64,000 bases of DNA from Octopus vulgaris (GCA_951406725.2 OX597816.1:22258001-22322000), one strand, 5' to 3'; shown: positions 13,859-26,910, counted from the stretch's first letter. Made by a program: numbers and translations. The notes: generated by a model from the sequence alone, not told the origin.

Positions 13859-14245
13859 ACAGACAAAATAGAAGTCAATTTATCAGAGGAGATACAGTTT
13901 GTAATTACGTATTTTTCGTTACAATGAATAAACCTCTAAATAGCATAGTATTTTGTGTGTTGGGGTGAGCTCGTGTGCGTGTATATGTAGTATCAGGCAC
14001 GCATGCACACACATACTCTCTTTTACTCTTTCACTTGTTTCAGTCATTTGAATGCGGCCATGCTGGAGCACCGCCTTTAGTTGAGCAAATCGATCCCAGG
14101 ACTCATTCTTTGTATGCCTAGTACTTATTCTATCCATCCCTTTTGCCGAACCGCTAAGTTACGGGGACGTAAACACATCACCATTGGTTGTCAAGCGATG
14201 GTGGGAGAACAAACACAGACACAAACATATACACACATACATATA
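13859..14245 (-). repeat. Right arm of the inverted duplication
   Basis: See 11533-11917. Confidence 0.9.
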
Positions 14246-14392
14246 TAGGACAGACTGCTTTGAGTTTCCATCGACCAAATCCACTCACAAGGCTTTGGTC
14301 ATCTCGAGGCTATAGTAGAAGGCACTTGCCAAAGGGCCACGCAGTGGGAATGAACCCGGAAGCGAGCTTCTTGCCACACAGCCGCTACTGCA

Positions 14393-14395
<3 letters not shown>
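14015..14395 (-). mobile_element. SINE-A near-full copy
   Basis: Both arms present; small deletion in the head. Confidence 0.88.
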
Positions 14396-14436
<41 letters not shown>

Positions 14437-15004
14437 GCAGAAACATATGTCAGAATCTAACCTGAATTTAATGTAAATGATAATATAAGAAACACATTTT
14501 AAAGAGTTATAAATCTCCATTCCTTTTTATTTTATCTCAATTACACACACACGCATGCACACATGAGCGCACACACACATATATAACCTCAGTTTAACCA
14601 ATGAATTGAGATTGATAAGAAAATGTGACAGAGGTTTAGTAATAGACATTCATCTTTTCCGCTCAGTGCCAAAAATCGTGCTTAGCGGGATATCTTCCAT
14701 GTTGGATACGTTCTAAATTCATATATATATACAAATATACAAACTACCGTATTGTGATGTGTATAAGGTACCCTCATGTATAAAGAAACCCCTAATTTGT
14801 GGTGCTTAAAATTTGGAAAAAAGTTTTTGTAAGGGATTATAATACTATCCATGTATAAGAAACTCCTATATTTTTTAAACCTAATTTTCGACACTATACA
14901 TACAGATAGATAGATATGTATATTTGACAATATGCATACAGATAGATAGATAGATAGGCAGACAGATAGATACGAATATTTGACAATATACATATAGATA
15001 GATA

Positions 15005-15220
15005 GAGACGCTAAGCACTTTTTCCGCTCTGTGCCGAAAATCGTGCTTAGCGGGATATCTTCCAGGTTGATTACGTTCTAAGTTAAAATTCCGCCAGAGT
15101 CGACATTGGCTTTCATCTTTTTGAGGTTGGTAAAATAAGTAACAGTTAAGCATTGGGGTAAATGTAATTGATTGCACCCTCCCCCACAATTGCTAACCTT
15201 GTACCAAAATTTGAAACCAA
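15005..15220 (+). mobile_element. SINE-B' diverged copy (its ~70-bp head is duplicated at 14654-14721)
   Basis: aaattccgccagagtcgacattggctttcatc...cccctcccccacaattgctaaccttgtaccaaaatttgaaacc. Confidence 0.75.
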
Positions 15221-15252
15221 TATAACGACAATCAGTACAGGAGACCGACATA

Positions 15253-15887
15253 TTTGGTTGTCCGGAAATTTTGTGCTGAATTTTAAAGGAAAGAAAAAGG
15301 ACAATAAATACTTGCCATTACATTTTTAATCAACCAAATATGAACCATTTTGTTGCACAATGCGTCTCCATCTTTCCTTTAACTTGAAAATACCCACTTC
15401 CCTGGATTGAGGTGGTTTCATGGCAAAGAATTCATCAAGTTATCTTTTTACGCCATCCAAGTAATTGAAATTTTTACCATTAAGACTATTCTGCAGAGAC
15501 CTGAATAAGTGGAAATCCGAAGGAGCAATATCTGGTGAATATGGAGGGTGGGGTAACACATCCCAGCCGAGCTGCAGGAATCTTTGTCTGGTTCCCAAAG
15601 AAACGTGTGGTTTTGCATTATCATGTTGGAAAACAACACCCTTCCTGTTGGCCAATTCTGGACGTTTCTCTTGAACTGCTGCAAATGAACTTTCTTATCT
15701 TCCATTTTAAAGGGTTACAGAATTAACACAGATTATAGGAACATAAACCTTCTTTCATGAAAAGATAGCTTAAGTTATGCTCTAACGTGAGGTGTGGTCG
15801 AATCCTATTTTGTGGACTAAACCTTGTTCTAAAATAAGTCTAAAGGTAAGCTACTATAAATCGGCACGAACTTTCCGGACAACCCAA
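15253..15887 (-). mobile_element. Internally deleted mariner (DD34D, mellifera-like) with both TIRs
   Basis: TA-flanked inverted ends tttggttgtccggaaattttgtgc / gcacgaactttccggacaacccaa. ORF 15440-15655 has FQHDNAKPH...LPHPPYSPDIAPSDFHLF. Confidence 0.93.
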
Positions 15888-16432
15888 TATTAACTGTTTA
15901 AAAATTTGTATCAGTAGTACATATAAAAACGGCTGTTTCAAGCTAATACTTTAAATAGCATTACTCGTTCCCGACGGAACAACCAAATGTTTATTTATAC
16001 TTATTATTACATACAAACTATAAAAACGCACACAAATCTTTTCAGGATAGAATAAATTCATTTATTGTGAAATATTATCGTTGTCTAAATAATTTCATGA
16101 ACATGATTTTGAAAATGCTTCCAAGAAAATTCTTTTCGTTGATACAGGTCAAAAAATCAAGTTATCTGGTAATTAGATAAACGAAAAATATATTCAAAGC
16201 GAGACAGCCGATGAAAAAACTATTTTTCGATCAGAAATCCCATTAGATATGTCACATAAAATTACCTATTGCCTAACGCTTTTCATATTTTGGTTATGCG
16301 CAATTTTATGCAAACCTCTCGGTGATAGTATTTTTTTTTTACAGTATAACGTTGGGGATGTTGATTAAATAATTTACTCATTATATGCATCTCTCTTGAT
16401 TACGAACTAATTTTGTTAGTGTGTTGTTTACG

Positions 16433-16652
16433 CTTTTACTCTTACTTGTTTCAGTCATTTGACTGTGGTCATGCTGGAGCACCGTCTTTAGTCGAGCATA
16501 TCGACGGCCAGGACTCATTCTTTGTAAGCCTAGTACTTATTCTATCGGTCGCTTTTGCCGAACAGCTAAGTTACGGGGACTTAACACACCGGTATCGGTT
16601 GTCGAGCGATGTTGGGTGGAACAAACACAGACACACAAACGTATACACACAA

Positions 16653-16703
<51 letters not shown>

Positions 16704-16877
16704 CACACACACACGACAGGCCTATTTTATTTTCCGTCTACCAAATCCACTCCCAAGGCTTTGATCGGCCCGAGGCTATAGTAGAAGACACCTGCCCAAG
16801 GTGACACGCATTGGGACTGAACCTAAAACCACGTGGTTGGTAAGCAAGCTACTTACCACACAGCCACTCCTACGCCT
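16433..16877 (-). mobile_element. SINE-A full copy
   Basis: Both arms and linker. Confidence 0.92.
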
Positions 16878-16906
16878 ATGTATAGTAGAACATTGGTTGA
16901 ATGAAA

Positions 16907-17465
16907 TACGATGTATGATCAAAAAGTATTGAGCGTGTTGCTATAAAGTGAAAACTAAAACACATTTTGACGTTTAATTTCTTACAATGTAGTCTTCTTG
17001 TAAAACCACACACCTTATTCGGAATTGTTTCCATTGGTGGAAGAATTCCTGAAATTTCTTTTTGTAGAGAGCGAGCTGCTTCTTTGTCGCATTCTGTTTG
17101 ATTTCCACAACGTCTTCAAAATCTTCTGGTGGCTTTCCACTGTGAAGTTTGAACCTAGGTTTCGGGGACACAGCCAGAGACCTATGATTCGTTAACTGCT
17201 ATGATTCTTTTCAAAATGTTTCCGTCTTTTTCGACACAATCAAGGAAATCTTGCGATGCTGAAGCCCAATCTTCCCTTTTGAGATGACCATACTCTGCAC
17301 ACTTTATTTCCAAGCATTGCTACTAAGAATGGAAGTGAGGGAAAACGTTTATAACTTAATGCGAAAGTGCGGCAGAGTTCAAGGTCAATCCAAGCTGCTT
17401 CAGTCAGTGTACTTTAAATCCGTTACCATAACAACAGTTCTGGTATTTTTAAATCAGACTTTGCA
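16907..17465 (-). mobile_element. Old internally deleted mariner-family element
   Basis: Degenerate TIRs (tacgatgtatgatcaaaaagta / tatttttaaatcagactttgca). Remnants FEDVVEIKQNAT...FQEFFHQWK...CV..QEDY (C-terminus) and a KRII...NES motif resembling the first catalytic-Asp region. Confidence 0.7.
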
Positions 17466-17603
17466 TTTGAATAATATCTATTTTTTGTTTTCAGCAATCA
17501 ATAAAAGTTATTGTGGAATATATTTCGAATCTAGTATACGACGTATATATAATTATATACTTTGGTACAAACTTATAGACGCGCCGCCACAGACTTATAT
17601 ATA

Positions 17604-17960
17604 CGTGTGTGGAGATGTATTTGGGTGGGGTTTGCATGTGTGTGTGATGTTGTATGTGGAGGTGTTTGTATATGTGGGGGTGTTTGTATGTGTGTGTGTG
17701 GAGTTGTATGTGGGGGTGTTTGTATATGTGTGTGTGTTCTATGTGGGGTTATTTGCATGTATGTTTGCATGTATGTGGGGGTGTTTGTATGTGTGTGTGT
17801 GTTTGTGGAGTTGTATGTGGAGGTGTTTGTATGTGTGTTTGTGGAGTTGTTTGTGGTGTTTGTATGTGTGTGTGTGTGGAGTTTTATGTGTGGGGACGAT
17901 TGTATGTGTGTGTGGCGTTGTATGTCGGATGTTTGTATGTGTGCACGCGTGTATGTATAC
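17604..17960. repeat. GT-rich irregular minisatellite (gttgtatgtggRggtgtttgtat-like units)
   Basis: Direct reading; explains ORFs 17284-18023. Confidence 0.85.
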
Positions 17961-18898
17961 AAGGAAAGTTTTGCTATAAGATTGCGTATAATAATATATA
18001 AATTCAAACTATATTGCTCTTAGACACAAAAATATCTCACCCACATAATACAGAAAATGCACACGTATATTTATATAATACCAGGAAATAAGTGTTTATG
18101 GGTGTGTGCAAGCTTTATCTAATATATGGAAAGTTGTCTCTCAGTCTATACATCAATGAAGCTCACTAAAAGTCGTACGTAATCTTTGCCAACGTGCTTC
18201 AGTTTTTATTCCCTAAAATGATTGGTTTTTCCCTAAAGTGATTGGCTATTTCCATATAAATATAAAATTTAAGCTGAGCAAATATAAAATATTAAAATTT
18301 CATCCATATATCAAACCATTTAACCAAAGAGAAAGTGAAATCTTTTGAGAATACTAGGAATTCTATATACGTCAAAAAACTTTCCACTCTTTATATCATA
18401 AGATCTGAGTGAAACAATGTTAAGAGGTCTCTTTGACGGAATTCGGCTAAATTAGATTGGCCCTAGAAGGTTATCTAGGTTATTGTAGGGTTTCAATGTT
18501 ATAGAAGACAGCTACATTCTATTACTTGAATATACACGTTAGAAAATATATCAAAATGTTGACTAGATGTTACAGCGGACATATGAGGCTGTCATCTTTG
18601 AAGTCAAGATGCCATTCCATCAAAAGTAAACAAAATTTCATATTCCTTGTGTATATGTGTTGGAGTTTATTCCTATCGGTGTATAATGTTTCGTGTTTTT
18701 ACGTGCTGAGCGATACAAGCTATCATATAACTTGTCTGGCATTAATTCATTTTTTATGATGATAAATGTCACTAAACTTTAATGCACATCGATATTTTGC
18801 ATAATAGTATCATATAATCCCTTTCTTTTGTTTCCTACCATCTCATGCAACCTCTTTTAAATCTATCAATCTGTCTATCCATCTATTTGTCTATATCT

Positions 18899-19129
18899 AT
18901 TTCTTTACTACCCACAAGGGGCTATACACAGAGAGGACAAACAAGGACAGACAAAGGGATTAAGTCGATTATATCGATCTCAGTGCGCAACTGGTACTTA
19001 ATTTATCGACTCCGAAAGGATGAAAGGCAAAGTCGACCTCGGTGGAATTTGAACTCAGAACGTAGCGGCAGACGAAACACAGCTAAGAATTCCGCCCGGC
19101 GTGCTAAGGTTTCTGCCAGCACGCCGCCT
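18899..19129 (-). mobile_element. SINE-B full copy
   Basis: Same head, core and tail as 2072-2298. Confidence 0.9.
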
Positions 19130-19742
19130 TGAATGTGTCTCTATCATCTATCTATCTACCTTCCTATTTATCTGTCTTCTGCCTGAATTCGTTCAGAAAC
19201 AAGAAGAAAAGATACACTATATCTTTGTCAAAAAGAGCCTGTACATTAAGAGATATGTGTTTAAAAAAATACCTCTATTAATCGGAGTGTTGTAGCCTAA
19301 GTGAGCCAATAGAATTAAGACGACAGCAAATGCATCTTCTATATTACAGACGAACTAAGCATCCTAACCGCAGCAGTATATATCTTGAACATCTGCAAAG
19401 AAATTATCTTTTGCCTAAATAAACAGAAATTCAAATAGCAGAACGATTATATTTCGAATGGTCAACCAATCCAAACTGGATAGCTTATTCTATATTCCAT
19501 TTATTCCTCCACACTTTCCACCTCGGTAATCCCCTTATGCCAACACTTCCAGTTACATAAGCTTAAATTTAAAACTATGTATGCAAAATACCAATGGATA
19601 ACAGTATATAAAAACGACTTGTATGCATATCAACTTCATAACAGAAAATGTTTTAATATTATAGATTCTCTAACTTTAAGACACTATATGTAGTCTTTAA
19701 ATTACATTTTAGGACACCATATCCCAATCGTGTAGGGATTAT

Positions 19743-20330
19743 TTAATCACCGAAATGCATTCTAGCCAGTGAATTACCTGTTATATGGAGGAATGTATCT
19801 AGATTTCTTTTGGATGTTATGGGTATTTTCGCCTTTTGGATTCTCCTGGGTTTCATTTGAATATCGCATGGGAAATTGTTGTAAATGAAATATTGTGTCT
19901 CAATTTTATGTGATGTGAATTCGGCTTTTGTATGGAGATCAAGGTCTTGAGTGATTAGGGAATTTGGAATAATCACCAGTACCGTTTAGACGCTACTGGT
20001 GGCATGTTTTCTAAATTGTATTAATGATTGAGCGCCAATACCTTAAAAGGGAATTAATAATTTTTCCTTCTTTTTTAAGGCATTCCAAGTCATGAATGCT
20101 TCTGATGGTACATATTTTACTTTGTGATCGATAATCGGGGAAAGGGATGCTTCTGTTCGCATAATATGTTTCCTTTTGTCTAGAGAGACAATAGTGTGCA
20201 GTGATATTGAAAGAGAGAATTGGCAAACTGTAGAGAGAATGACGTTAGCAGAACCTCGAACGGCGAAATTCTAATGATGGATGAGCATATTCTGCCTTCT
20301 ATAAAGACATTAATGTTGATACTTGCGGTC
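19743..20330 (-). mobile_element. Heavily decayed CR1/L2-like LINE 3' fragment
   Basis: Residual motifs ...NALKKRRK and SKRNLDTFL resemble the L..RR and FK..LD.FL C-terminal LINE motifs; many frameshifts. Confidence 0.4.
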
Positions 20331-20585
20331 TAGCGTAGGCTGCTGTTGACAGTTACATCTATGGCTCCAATATTATCTGACGCCACGAAAACTTTAGCTG
20401 GAGGAAGGGAATATGGTCGTTTAAATGTCTCTTTTCTACAATGGACGAACAGAAGTTATTCAATGTTTAGCAGACTTTACAGAACAAATCACAACGTATA
20501 GAGGAGATTAGAGTTCCGTTCGGTTTCGTATAATTCTCAAGATTTCTTTGAGTGATATATATATATCACTCTATGCAGGTATATA

Positions 20586-21440
20586 CGGGGTGTCCCAAAA
20601 GTCACTGATGAGTTTCAATTTTTAATAACTTCGTCAACTTTACAAATAAATTCATAAAAGTTTGATACAGTATAAAGGACTTAATGAAAATTAATATGCA
20701 AAAATATTTTGCAACACTACTATATTACATATGAAAAATTACATCGCATAAATGGGAGCCATTTTTGTCTTTGCACACCCATCTTTTTTCCAAAACTTGC
20801 ACCATAGCACCCTCAATAGATTTAGACCCCACTTCTCTAATTTCTCTATTGATGTTCTCCTTCAGTTGCACCATGGTCTCCAGTTTGTTGACGTAAACCC
20901 TCTCTTTCGGGTATCTCCATAAGAGAAAATTCGTGCTAGTCAAGTCTGGGGTACGTGAAGGCCAAATGACATCGCCGTAGCGTGAGATTACTCTCAATCC
21001 AAAAGTCTGTCGTAGCAACTTCAATGTCTTTTTTGCGGTATGAGCAGTTGCCCCATCTTACAGGAACCATATGTGAGGTCTACTTTGAATGACCGGGGGC
21101 AAAACGGTCCTAATCTTAGATACCTGAAAGAGAGGGTTTACATCAACGAAGGAGCAACTGAAGGAGAACATCAATAGGGAAATCAGTGAAGTGGGATCTA
21201 AAACTCTTGAGGGTGTTATGGTGCAAGGTTTGTAAAGAGCACAGGAATGAGAAACCTAAAATGGCTGCCATTTAAGCGAGGTCATTTTTGATGTATGTTG
21301 CAGTGGTGTTGCAAAATTCGACTTATGCATATTAACTTCCATTATATCCTTTATATTGTATCAAAATCTCATGCATTTATTTGTGAATTTGAGGAAGTTA
21401 TTAAAAGCTGAAACCCATCAGTGACTCTTGGGACACCTTA
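20586..21440. mobile_element. Fold-back Tc1/mariner (DD41D, rosa/Visitor-like) derivative made of two inverted right ends
   Basis: TA+cggggtgtcccaaaagtcactgatg... vs ...catcagtgactcttgggacacc. Inverted arms 20586-20926 and 21114-21440. Minus strand reads WFL*DGATAHTA...WPSRTPDLTSTNFLLW with 41 residues between D and the (D>N) position. Confidence 0.85.
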
Positions 21441-22117
21441 GATAGATGTAAATGTGGTATGTGTGTTTGTGTGTGTGTGTGTGTGATATGTGCCAGAAGA
21501 ATTCCCCAAATAAGTCTTAAATTCTTTGACAATTGAAGCTAACAAGTAAGATTTCAGGAGTTACGGAGTAAGTGCGTGAGTGCATGTATAGTATGATAAA
21601 TTAAACTTTATATTTATATACAGACAGAAAGACATGTACGCGCACGCACACACAGATACACAAACACTCGCATCGTAACAGTGTATATATAACTGCATGT
21701 GTAGAAATCAAATACAATATTTCTAATATCAATTCTCCTCTACCTTTGCTCATGCCAACAGTATTGTTGTCGTCATTCTATTTCGATTTTCACAGGCTTC
21801 CTTCCAGATGTTTCACCGTCCACACTACTCTCTTACACACGTTTATACATGCCCCATATACATAAATAAATACATACACACACGCACATTCATATTGTCC
21901 ACCAGGCTCCCCTCTCCTGCTTTGATTCTCTGTTTGTTTTTCTGCAATATTCCTTCATTTTTAGTTTAATTTTCTCCACTATGTTCATTTTCATTTATAC
22001 CTACGTTCAACCACTATCTATGCCTTGTGTCTTCTCATACTTTGGTTCACTGTCTTTCTCTATATGTTTCATCCTGCTCTGACACACTCCGTCGCATTGA
22101 TATATTTATATATATAT

Positions 22118-22268
22118 ACTTTTACTTGTTTCAGTCATTTGACTGCGGCCATGCTGGAGCACCATCTTTAGTCGAGCAAATCGACCCCAGGACTTATTCT
22201 TTGTAAGCCTGGTACTTATCCTGTCGGAGTCTTGCGAACCGCTAAGTTACGGGGACGTAAACACACCA
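22118..22268 (-). mobile_element. SINE-A right-arm fragment
   Basis: acttgtttcagtcatttgactgcggccatgctggagc...ggggacgtaaacacacc. Confidence 0.85.
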
Positions 22269-22398
22269 TGTATAAATTATATAGGTTAAGCGTGAATGTA
22301 ATTGCATATAAATATACACAAATACATACATACACACAGATGCATATACACACATGCATGTGTATATGTATACACACATCCACACACATATATATATA

Positions 22399-22745
22399 GG
22401 GGCAGGCGTGTCTGTGTGATAAGAAAGTTCCTTCTCAACTACATGTCTCCGGGTTCAGTCCCACTGCGTGGCTTTTTGGTTGAGTGTCTTCTACTATAGA
22501 CACGGACCGACCAAAGACTTGTGATTGGATTTAGTAGACGGAAACTGAGCGAATCCCGTCAATGAAATATATATATATATATAGTTGCGTGTCTGTGTTT
22601 ACGTCCCCGTAAATAAGTGGATTGGTAAAAAGAGACCGATAGAATAAGTACTAGGCTCACAAAAAATAAGTCCTGGGGTCAATTTGTTCGACTAAAGGCG
22701 GTGCTCCAGGATGGCCGCAGTCAAATAACTAAAACGAATAAAACA
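22399..22745 (+). mobile_element. SINE-A copy with internal deletion
   Basis: Head, CORE-like domain, (TA)n and distal right arm. Confidence 0.85.
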
Positions 22746-23239
22746 AAATATATATACTTCATTTTTTATATATTATCTTTTTTTTTTCTTTCGCATTCTC
22801 TATTCCGTTTGTATATATATTTTTCTTCTTTCTGAAATGACGAAAAGAAAAGAAACAGAGAAACCATTCTCCTATATTCCTCATTCTATCCTCTCTTTCT
22901 TTCTTTTCATATATTCCCTCGAGAAAGGTAATGTACTTCTGATATATTATTGCCCTTCACTCTCTTGAGATATATCTGGCAGTAAAGTGTGTACACTGCA
23001 ATAGTTACTGAAGCTATGTGCTACCAACGAGAGTGGAATTAAGAGATTAGTGAACTTTGCTTAAGTAATCTTAAAGATAGTCTCTTGACATTTGAAAAAT
23101 TTTCTTAGAGTGTCTAAAAATGGACGATATTTCAACTGTCAGTTGTACGCATCATATTTCAGATTTATTGACTTGCACAAAAAGGAACGTGAACAATTAC
23201 ATACCCAGTCAACATAAATTTAAATAAGTTAAATATAAT

Positions 23240-23318
23240 GCACAGCAGTGGCTGAGTGGTAAGTAGCTTCGTTACCAACCACATGGTTCCAGGTTCAGTC
23301 CCACTGCGTGACACCTCG
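23240..23318 (+). mobile_element. SINE-A tRNA head only
   Basis: gtggctgagtggtaagtagc...ggttcagtcccactgcgtg, fused to the dispersed repeat at 23320-23395. Confidence 0.8.
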
Positions 23319-23504
23319 ATTTTGCATGTGGTTTGCAAGATTCTTTATATGAATTCGTGTGTTGGAACAAATTGTGCCGTGTCTACAGAAAATCGTTATG
23401 CCAATATTATTAATACACGCACTGGTTGAAGTTCACTTTTTTATTGAATATCCAACTAACTAATCGATTCTTTGTCTTTCCTTGTTAATTGTTCAGTTAT
23501 TCTT

Positions 23505-23900
23505 TTCTCCTTTTGTTTCTTTATTCATTTGGCTGCGGCCATGCTAAAGCACCACCTTAGATTGAACAGATCTACCCCAGGACTTACTTTTTATAAGCCT
23601 ACTACTTATTCTATCGGGCTCTTTTTGCTGAACCGCTAAGTTACGCGGATATTACACACCAATATCGGTTGTCAGACAATGGGGGTGGGGGCGGAACAAA
23701 CAAACACAAATACAAAAATATAGACATATACACATATACCATGGTCTTCATTCAGTTTCTGTCTACCAAATCCATTCACAAGGCTTTAGTCGGCTCGAGG
23801 CTGTAGTAGAAGACACTTACCCATGTTGCCACGCAGTGGGACTGAAGCCGAGACCACGTGTTTGGGAAGCAAGCTTCTTACCACACAGCCATGTCAGCGC
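23505..23900 (-). mobile_element. SINE-A diverged full copy
   Basis: Both arms recognisable. Confidence 0.85.
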
Positions 23901-24353
23901 CAGTTGTTTGTTTTCTTTTTGTTTCCTTGTTTTGTTCTTTGTAAAAGTTCTTTCGTTACTATTTGCATTATTTTCAGTGAGGGAACTAAACTAGTGCGTG
24001 TGTTATTGATGTTGGCATAATGTCTCTCCCTAGACATAACAGTATTTCACTTTATTTCATCTCCGTTTGTTGCAAGTAGAACACAACAAAGAGATATTTA
24101 TCGCTTAAGAATCCACTATGCACGTTTCCATAGTCTGCACGTCCCCTTAAATATATTGCTCTCATCACGATAAATAGTACCTGGTGTCATAATTTTCAAT
24201 TGCAGCTCGTAAGAACGTAACAAAACTTATGTAACATCGGAGAAAATGCCTCGGGACATATAAATATATGCAGAAATGTTTGTACATAGAGTTCACTATG
24301 CAGTTTTTTGTGTATACAGTCCACTATGCAATTTCTATTCACATTTACACATT

Positions 24354-24676
24354 GAGCTCAAGATCTCTTGTGGATGCGTCATCCAACCAAAATACAAATA
24401 CATGGGAAACTACCTCCTGTATCATCTCTTGTGAAAGGTAGGAGAGTCCAGTTTGTTGGACGTTGTTGTAGAGCTGAAAACGAGGCAATTTCTACTCTTC
24501 TCTTCTGGAAGCCATCTACTCGCGATACCAGCGGGCGCGCACTCTCCTACCCTGATGTAATCTCCATGAGTACAGGCATCCAGCAACAGGACCTCCGTAA
24601 TGCTATGATGGACCGTGGAGTCTGGCGTAGCATAGTAAATTCCATTGTCTCGAATACGGTCGAACAATGATGATAA
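24354..24676 (+). mobile_element. 5'-truncated RTE-group LINE 3' end
   Basis: ORF 24368-24670 ...RRVQFVGRCCR...LLFWKP...GR..SYPDVI...DL..AMMDRGVWRSIV matches RTE-type C-termini; (tga)n tail; TSD-like atttacacatt / attgacacatt. Confidence 0.75.
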
Positions 24677-24876
24677 TTGACACATTATGCAATTCCTCTT
24701 AAATATTGCTCTAATCACGAAAAATAACAGCTGGCGTCATAGTTTTCTATTTTCTGCTCGTGGAAACGTAGCAAAATGCTTCGTAACATATAAATATATA
24801 CAGAAATTTTTGAGTCATGAAATCAAACCCTGTTTAGTTTACCTATACCTTTCATTTTTATGGTGTCAATATATAT

Positions 24877-25270
24877 GGCGCAGGAGTGGCTGTGTGGTAA
24901 GTAGCTTTTTTACCAACCACATGGTTCCGGGTTCAGTCCCACTGCGTGGCACTTTTGGGCAAATGTCTTCTACTATAGCCTCGGGCCGACCAAAGCCTTG
25001 TGAGTGGATTTGGTAGACTGAAACTGAAAGAAGCCCGTCGTATATATGTATATATATGTATACGTGTGTGTGTTTGTCCCCCTAGCATTCCTTGACAACC
25101 GATGCTGGTGTGTTTATGTCCCCGTTACTTAGCGGTTCGGCCAAAGAGACCGATAGAATAAGTACTGGGCTTACAAAAGAATAAGTCCCGGGGTCGAGTT
25201 GCTCGATTAAAGGCGGTGCTCCAGCATGGCCGCAGTCAAATGACTGAAACAAGTAAAAGAGTAAAAGAGA
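24877..25270 (+). mobile_element. SINE-A full, least diverged copy (reference)
   Basis: A-box tggctgtgtgg, B-box ggttcagtccc, CORE-like ttgggcaaatgtctt, TA/TG linker, right arm, (gtaaaaga)n tail. Confidence 0.93.
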
Positions 25271-25974
25271 GTATGGGTGTGCTAGAGCTGTACTAACTAC
25301 GTCGGGTGGTACTCTTTCTGGTTCTTGTTAGAGTACTTTGGAACCTGAGTACAGTCTCGATTGGGTTGATTTAGATCCTTCATACGGTTATACTCCGCCA
25401 TCAGCTGTCACCTTTTGTTCACTTGATGGAGCCCTTCGGAGCTTTCCAATTTGAGGGGACCTAATTCATCCCTTCCCACAAACTCACTGTCGAAGCGTTT
25501 CTGAAGGAGAGGTCCTTCACTTCATTCCGAAATAACCAAAGAAAAATGTATGAAGAGACGAAAATACCATTAAATGATGACAATGATATATAGAATCAGT
25601 TAATGAAACGAAACAATGGAATATTAAAGAATGAAACCAAACCATGACGGATATGCTGAAGTCCAGATCAATCACCATGAATATAACATCGTCATAAGTA
25701 AGTTCAGTACGGACGAATGTATAATTAAAAAAAAAATTCGCACGCTGCGCCATAATTGACCTTGAAAAATATGCAAATTGCTTCGGTGAAAGTGTTTCAT
25801 TGTCAGCATCACAGTTCAGTAAACGAAATGTTGGTACTTTATGAAAAGTATTTCAAGCTGAATTCAATGTATTCTTGCATTGTTAAATAATTTCAATGCC
25901 TCTTCTAGGATATAACTGCTAATCTGCATACATATTTATACAGACACACACACATACCTATATATATATGTATA

Positions 25975-26023
<49 letters not shown>

Positions 26024-26910
26024 AGTCCGCCTCCACACCTATATATATGTGTGTGTGTGTGTGGTGTGCGTGTGGGTGTGCGTGTACGCATGTTTAGATA
26101 TATAGAAAGATAGGCAGATAAAGTAGGTAGAGAGAGAGAGAGTGAGATCCAGATTTATTCGAAATAAATTCACGATCACGTGCAAATAACTTTCACACAT
26201 GCATTCTCTGTCTTCGACACTTAAAATTTTGCTTCCTTTCTCAGCGTTGTTCAATTCTCAAAGTCAACGTCAGAATTATAATAATAATAACTTCAAATCA
26301 CGAAACGTCGCTCGGAGTGTTTCTAAATTAAGTGTGTATAGTTTTACGGGTCATGCTAATTTTAAGGCATAATCAGCATGTTCATCTGTTCCCTCCCACC
26401 CTCCTTATTATCAACATCATCACTACTATCATCATCATCATCCACATAACCAACACAACATTCAGCATTGCCGTCATATTTCTGGTGGTTGTCGTTATCA
26501 GTAACATCATCATCGCCACATCATCACGACGATTATATTATCGTGAATTTCATCATATCGTGATAATCGACATGTTCACCTTCATTAACCTTATCCATTT
26601 CCTCATCACAGCTAAGTAAAATTATTCAAAATATAAGGCAACGACCACCATTACTGTTCCGAATCGATTATTTTACGAATAAATTAATTTTCGTGAAATA
26701 GAATGCAGATATCATACTGATTATTTCGATCCGTGTTTCGCATAGAGGCAAAGAGAGTGTTACTACTAGACAAAAAGGATAGAAAATTTGACATATTTAA
26801 CAAGATTTAATCAGTGTTAAATTTCTGATCACATCCAGATCTACACTGAAGAAATGGGGAATGTGCGGATGAAGACTGCAATATTAAATATTAATATATA
26901 GAGTGAGTTA

